From Opitutia bacterium (lineage in GTDB: Bacteria; Verrucomicrobiota; Verrucomicrobiia; Opitutales; T3Sed10-336), in the NCBI GenBank assembly GCA_050506795.1, contig JBJHCF010000005.1:90139-154138 (forward strand): a DNA stretch of 64,000 nt. Direction: 5' to 3'. The translations under genes were made by a program, and so were the position numbers. The notes under the pieces were generated by a model. That model searched no databases and had not been told where the DNA came from. It saw only the letters and a list, made by a program, of their open reading frames with translations. Below, piece after piece: positions 58,857 to 64,000 of this stretch (position 1 is the first letter of the stretch; each line of letters begins with the position of its first letter).

Positions 58857-60090
58857 ATACGATCTTCCTTCAGGTAACCTCCCCAAGACCGACGGCGTGG
58901 GAGTGTTCGTTTTCGAATTGGATGATTCAACCGACGAAATCATACCGGACACTCGCGCGAACATCGGGGTGCTCCCTGATACGGAAAGCCACAGCCGCGC
59001 TATCAACGTGTTCAACGCGGGGCATGTCGTTACCGACAACATCGGGGTAAACGTTGTCGAGTCGGGTTTTTCGTTCAATACACCCGCTCAGCCGCCCCAT
59101 CATTTCGGATATGAAGGGTTTACCGGACGGATCGAAGCGTCCGGAGGTCCGGCCGCAATTTACGGAAATATCGGTGTCAAGGCACGAATGCGCCAGATGA
59201 ATACGGTCGGATTAGGCTGGCATCCCGACCATGAGGAGTTAGAGCATGGTGATTACGGCTGGGGCGGAGTCGTCTTAAGGGGAAGGTATGGAGAAGATTA
59301 CAAAGTCTCCGGTTACGTGGTCGCCTTTGGCTTGGATGCCGGAAATGCGGTATTCACGGTATATAGAGTCGAAGGGCTTGATGTATCAGCCGAAGGGAAT
59401 GATGCATTCCACCCGCACTCCGGTATAACACCCGGCTTCTATCCCTCGGCGACCGTGGAAGTGCTGGAATCGATTCAGGTTGGTGACTTCGACAGCGATT
59501 TCGAATTCACCGAAGGGGAGTGGTATTGGATTCGGGCGGAAGTGGACGGCGGCAACATCCGGGCCAGGTTCTGGGAAGGAGACGAGCAGGATGAGCCGTC
59601 AAACTGGGCAATAAACCTTACCGACAACAACGACCCTCTCGGGGATGGGTTCGTGGGGCTCGTTCATTTGGATACCGCGAGCTTTTCAGCCACAGGATAC
59701 GATCCAAGCGACAACAGCGATTTACAGTGGGACTATTTTGAGATTGACGACGGATCCGTCTACAGCATGGATTTCGGCGAGTTTCAGCCGGGAAAGCGAA
59801 TTCCCGTCGCTTGGGAACCGGTCGGATATGTGGCTCGGGAGTGGGATATTAAGGACGATTCGAGTTCCCTGGGAGGACAGTATCTACAGCATGATATGGT
59901 AGCAACCCCGGCTGAAGGGGAGCACGGATTGAGTATCCTGTCCATCTTGAAATATATAGGTCCGGGAAAAGTGGAAGGAGGCAAGCATTACCGCGTGAAG
60001 GTGGTGGTCGCCGATGCGGACGATGATCATTGGGATAGCGCCGTCTTTTTGGAGAACGGATCGATCCGGTTCGTGGAGGACGGGCAGTAG
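58836..60090 (+). pseudogene. Choice-of-anchor-L-like surface protein fragment, out of frame with upstream ORF at T9
   Basis: Frame reads FFFASDEY from the T tract and ends HYRVKVVVADADDDHWDSAVFL; no convincing own start or signal peptide. Confidence 0.55.
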
Positions 60091-60132
60091 GGTGGATGAT
60101 AAAATACAGAGAGTAAACAGGAGGGTTACGAT

Positions 60133-60771
60133 ATGAAAAAAATGGCTCATACATTGCTGTTTGCAGCGGTTCTCGGGTTGACGTCCGTGCCGAATGCGGG
60201 TGAAGCGACGATCGTTTATGTTCCCGACAGCGGGTTTACAATGGGCGACGAACCCGGTCAGGCCATTTCGATCGAGTTCGGAGTTCCGTCGGCAGTGTTG
60301 GCATTCAACACATACCTGATCAATGAAAGTGATACTTTGTGGGGATGGCTGGACGAGGCACGTACGATGGAATCCGTGGATAACCCCGGGCTTTCGCCGG
60401 CCCGTTTGGATGCGGGAACGGAAATCGGAGGTAATTTATCCTGGAATGAACTCGGCAGGAGCACATCGCATTTGGCCTATACGAACGGCGAGGGAACATT
60501 TTACGACATCACCGGTTTTGCCGGGTTACGGGTATTCGAGAATGAAGCCGGCTGGCGCGACCCGGACGCCTTGCCTTACTACGGCTGGATTCGCATAGAG
60601 CACAATGCTTCGGCGGGGACGTTGACCGTACACGACTGGGCTTGGAACAGCATACCCGGCGAACCTATCCTGGCGGGGGCGATCCCGGAACCCCGGGTTT
60701 ACGCGCTGGCGTTTGGCTTAGGAGTGCTCGGGTTCGTTTTGGCCAGGCGGTGGCGTGGCAAGTTCCAATGA
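60133..60771 (+). CDS. PEP-CTERM surface protein 1
   Basis: Signal peptide; C-terminal AIPEP + TM + RRWR. Confidence 0.9.
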   Translation: MKKMAHTLLFAAVLGLTSVPNAGEATIVYVPDSGFTMGDEPGQAISIEFGVPSAVLAFNTYLINESDTLWGWLDEARTMESVDNPGLSPARLDAGTEIGGNLSWNELGRSTSHLAYTNGEGTFYDITGFAGLRVFENEAGWRDPDALPYYGWIRIEHNASAGTLTVHDWAWNSIPGEPILAGAIPEPRVYALAFGLGVLGFVLARRWRGKFQ

Positions 60772-61403
60772 ATAGATTCGTTATTGTACTGTTGATGGTA
60801 TCAGCCTGCGGGTTCGCCTCGATCCCCAACACCAGTGACGCGGTGATTGTTTATGTTCCCGATGGAGGATTTGTGCTGGGAAACACCGAGGACGAATCAG
60901 CATCGTTTGAATTTGGTGAAGTCTCGCAGATGTTGACCTTTCGCACATGGGTTGAAAGCGAGAATGAACTTTGGTGGACCTGGGGTAGCCAGGGGGCGAG
61001 GGTTCAAGGAGTGTGGGACCCTGATTTTTCGGCCGCTCGCTTGGAAGTCGGAATGGAAATCAGTAATAATTCGATGTGGGCTGATCGTATCGCTTTTTCT
61101 CTAGTATCGACTTCCGGCGATGGAAGTTTTTACGACGCTTCCGGCTTTATCGGTGTGCGGGTCTACGAAGAATTCGCTGGCTGGGAGGATCCGAACGCGT
61201 TGCCTTACTACGGCTGGATTCGGGTTGAGCATAGCGCCTCGGAAGGCACATTAACCGTGCACGACTGGGCATGGAACAGTGTCGCCGGCGAACCGATCCT
61301 GGCGGGGGCCATCCCCGAACCCAGGGTTTACGCATTGGCTTTCGGCTTAGGAGTGCTCGGGTTCGTTTTGGCCCGGCGGTGGCGGAAGAGGCGGGTGTTG
61401 TGA
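60768..61403 (+). CDS. PEP-CTERM surface protein 2 (paralog of 1)
   Basis: ATGA overlap; signal peptide; AIPEP + TM + RRWRKRR. Confidence 0.9.
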   Translation: MNRFVIVLLMVSACGFASIPNTSDAVIVYVPDGGFVLGNTEDESASFEFGEVSQMLTFRTWVESENELWWTWGSQGARVQGVWDPDFSAARLEVGMEISNNSMWADRIAFSLVSTSGDGSFYDASGFIGVRVYEEFAGWEDPNALPYYGWIRVEHSASEGTLTVHDWAWNSVAGEPILAGAIPEPRVYALAFGLGVLGFVLARRWRKRRVL

Positions 61404-61451
61404 TCATTTCTCTCCAAATCGGGTACCGTTAATCGAACGTATCTGTAAGGT

Positions 61452-62690
61452 TCAATCGCGCTCCGTGTCGGGGTCGGGGATGTGGTTGAAGGCGATGCGC
61501 ATGGCGGAGGCGGGAGCTTGGGCGCGCGGGAGGTGGGCGGGGGCGTAATAGACGGTCTGGCCGCCGTAACGGATGTTCAGGTCGTCCATGGCCCGTTGGA
61601 GCCGGAGGCGGCGTTCGTTGTTTTCCTCCGGAAAGAGGGATGGCGTGTGGGCCTCGGACGGGATGAGGTCGAGCAGGGTAACGCCCACCTTGGTGGGTGT
61701 ATCGAGTTCGGACGGACGTCCCTGCCAGAGGCGATCGGTGTGTCCGCCCAGCACGACGGAGTCCTGAGTGGGGAAAAATGTGGTGTCCTCGCTCCAGCGG
61801 TGTTCGAAACCGAACCGGGCGGAGACGCTGAGCCGGCCGGTGTGGAATCCCAGGATTCGCAGCCGGCGACAGGCCTTCTGCAGCATGCGGTGCATGACGG
61901 TGCGTGCGCCTTCGCAGGTGCGGAAGCGGGGTTCGAGTACATGGGAGTGGGAAATGCTCTGGCGCCGAGTGGTTACCGGGGGCACATCCTCTCCCCGCAG
62001 TTCCGCCCAGAGCCGGTCGCCGTCAACGGAACCCCAGATGGCGTGCAGGCGATGTCGCGGAGCCAGGCAAAGCGCCTCCACGGAGTTGATGCCGGCCGAC
62101 CGGAGCCGGGGCTCCATCCGGCGGCCGATGCCATGAACATCCTTGAGTTCGAAGTCGAAGAGCGCCTCGGGCAACCGGCTTGCCTCGAAAAGGGTCAGGC
62201 CGTCGGGCTTGTGACGCTTGCTGGCCATTTTGGCCAGGAACCGGTTGGGCGCGATGCCGATGGAGGCGGTGATGTAAGGGCCTATCTCCGCCGCCAGCGC
62301 CTGCTTGATTGCCACCGCCCGCGAGCGCGCCACCTCCGGGGGGCTCCAGTGGCTGGGAAGCTTTCCGTACATCTCGTCGATCGATTCCACCGCCTCGACG
62401 TGCAGGCAGGATTCGACGACCGACTTGGCCCGATGATGGACCTCGATGTAACGCGAGTGGCTGGCCTCCACGAACTGAATTCCCGGACAACGGAGACGGG
62501 CTTCTCGCACATTGGTGCCGGTTTTCACCTCGAATCGTTTGGCCTCATAACTCGCCGCGATACAACAGGTGGTGTCGACGCCCATCGCCGGCACCACTCC
62601 CACTGGTCGCCCGCGTAATTCCGGACGCAGTTGCTGCTCCACCGCGGCGAAGAAGCTGTCGAAGTCAATGAAAAGGTAGCGAAGCGGCAT
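61452..62690 (-). CDS. Y-family DNA polymerase (Pol IV/DinB-like)
   Basis: FIDFDSFFA, AASYEAK, SIDE, LAKMAS..KPDG, GIG; start 62690 or 62711. Confidence 0.9.
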   Translation of the reverse strand: MPLRYLFIDFDSFFAAVEQQLRPELRGRPVGVVPAMGVDTTCCIAASYEAKRFEVKTGTNVREARLRCPGIQFVEASHSRYIEVHHRAKSVVESCLHVEAVESIDEMYGKLPSHWSPPEVARSRAVAIKQALAAEIGPYITASIGIAPNRFLAKMASKRHKPDGLTLFEASRLPEALFDFELKDVHGIGRRMEPRLRSAGINSVEALCLAPRHRLHAIWGSVDGDRLWAELRGEDVPPVTTRRQSISHSHVLEPRFRTCEGARTVMHRMLQKACRRLRILGFHTGRLSVSARFGFEHRWSEDTTFFPTQDSVVLGGHTDRLWQGRPSELDTPTKVGVTLLDLIPSEAHTPSLFPEENNERRLRLQRAMDDLNIRYGGQTVYYAPAHLPRAQAPASAMRIAFNHIPDPDTERD

Positions 62691-63117
62691 AGCGGTGTTC
62701 GCGTTACTCATCCCGCGATTCGCACGGGAAAAAGCACCCTGGGAGTTGATGCCTGGAATGGGAAATAGAGGCACCTTGCTGTTTGTTGTGGGTTCCATGG
62801 GCCGGCTTAAGCACGGCACTACTCGATAATGGGCCTTTTACGTAGGTCCGTGCTTCAGCCGGACAATTCCGGGGACGCAAGTTCCCGGAAATCACTGTTT
62901 CGGAGCTCACCTCAAATAGCGAAGGTCCAAGATAAACGTTCGAGGATCGGACGAAGTCAGGTTGGAACGGGAGACGGTAATGGTGTTGGAGACGGTTAAT
63001 GGGCTGGATTATGTGGCATTTTGTTCAGTATATCAAGCTCTGGTGATCTCCAAATTGAACGGGTCGTGAGCCTTGACAGGACCCGCGGATAGCCGGAGAT
63101 TTGAACGAATTGTGATT

Positions 63118-63570
63118 ATGAAAATTGGGAGATTCGGAATTTCTTTGGGAATAATTTGGGCGCTGGCGATTTGTACGCCGGTATTTGCCGCCGACGACGC
63201 GCGTGGCGATGACACCCCGCGCGGTGTGGGTGAACGGCTGCGGGGATTGGATGTCCCCGAACGGGCCATGGAGGCGGTGGAGTCGGGTTCCGAAGCGGCG
63301 GCGGACGCCGCGGACCGTGTAGGTCGTGGCATCGAGCGAGCCAGAGAGGCGGCCCAGCGGCAACTCGATCAGTTTCAAATAGTCCACCTTCGGCGGCTGG
63401 CCCAATTGGAACGCGTGCGGGAACTGGCGGACGAGCAGGGGCGTGCGGACGCGCTGGAGCGTGTCGAACGGTTGATCGAGCGGGAGATGGAGCGCTACGG
63501 CAGCCAGTTGGCGAGAGTTCAGGAACGTTTGGGACTTGTCCCGGAAGACGATGATGCAGACGAGGAATGA
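63118..63570 (+). CDS. Exported hypothetical coiled-coil protein
   Basis: Signal peptide ending VFA-A; R/E-rich helix. Confidence 0.6.
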   Translation: MKIGRFGISLGIIWALAICTPVFAADDARGDDTPRGVGERLRGLDVPERAMEAVESGSEAAADAADRVGRGIERAREAAQRQLDQFQIVHLRRLAQLERVRELADEQGRADALERVERLIEREMERYGSQLARVQERLGLVPEDDDADEE

Positions 63571-63613
63571 CCCGGCGGGCGGATATACGATTATTACCAC
63601 CCAAACCCATTCG

Positions 63614-63835
63614 ATGATGAACCTTCTGATAAAATTTTTTGTGGTCCTGGCGGGATCCGTTTTTCTAGTGGCTTGTGGTAACGGAAACGGTCCGGCCGGG
63701 GACGCCCCGGCCGCCGACGGGCAGACCGTTGCCGACTTTGAGGCCGAGGCGCGCGAAACGATCGACGCCGAGAACATGGATGACGTGCTCGACGCCTTGG
63801 AAGCGGAGATCGCGGCCGACGAGGAGAACGACTAG
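63614..63835 (+). CDS. Small acidic lipoprotein
   Basis: Lipobox LVAC; acidic helical tail. Confidence 0.65.
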   Translation: MMNLLIKFFVVLAGSVFLVACGNGNGPAGDAPAADGQTVADFEAEARETIDAENMDDVLDALEAEIAADEEND

Positions 63836-64000
63836 TCTGAATGCTGCTCGATTAAGGCGGTTCATCGTTTGATGTGACCGAATCGAGATCGGGATCGCGA
63901 TTCCGCTCCCTGGAGGGCGGCGCTCCCGCGCCGCCGGTGCGGGCAGGATGCCCGCGCTCCCAGGTCGGCGGCCAGCGGGAGCATGGCCCACCAGAGGAAC
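63832..64000. mobile_element. Palindromic MITE/REPIN-like element, copy B (cut by window end)
   Basis: Starts at CTAG; CTCGATTAAGGCGGTT matches copy A end; 31-bp exact match to 1727-1757; GCGGGC-AGGAT-GCCCGC core. Confidence 0.75.

Noticed and set aside
62696..63035. Verrucomicrobial LexA boxes (TGTTC-N4-GAACA) upstream of the Y-family polymerase
   Set aside because: Only a half-site at 62696 and a two-mismatch site near 63022, far from the start; too weak.

Overview
GC-rich bacterial chromosomal window, probably Verrucomicrobiota (Opitutales-like; inferred from PEP-CTERM proteins and gene style, not from a database search). Most of it is housekeeping: ispD/E/F, pyrF, purH, glnD, valS, galE, a hexuronate cluster (kdgK, uxuB-like SDR, uxaC), ribB(X), ptsI, hemL/C/D, asd, tRNA-Val, ilvN/ilvC, DinG, Pol IV, plus two tandem efflux systems with a divergent ECF sigma cassette. 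The best candidate for an undescribed system is a visibly AT-richer, translationally coupled three-gene operon at 25.5-30.8 kb. It encodes a LuxD-type acyl-ACP thioesterase fused to a SAM methyltransferase, a multi-TM/GAF histidine kinase, and a GAF/PAS/degenerate-GGDEF/pseudo-receiver protein, consistent with a fatty-acid-methyl-ester signal synthase plus its receptor (hypothesis). Other notable items: a palindromic MITE/REPIN-like element in two copies (1.65 kb and 63.8 kb), a perfect FNR box between a Crp/Fnr gene and a DUF2249 gene, a T9 frameshift splitting a surface-protein gene, tandem PEP-CTERM paralogs, and a RibBA whose cyclohydrolase domain lacks its Zn ligands. All family assignments come from motif recognition by eye; start codons were adjusted from the ORF track where noted.
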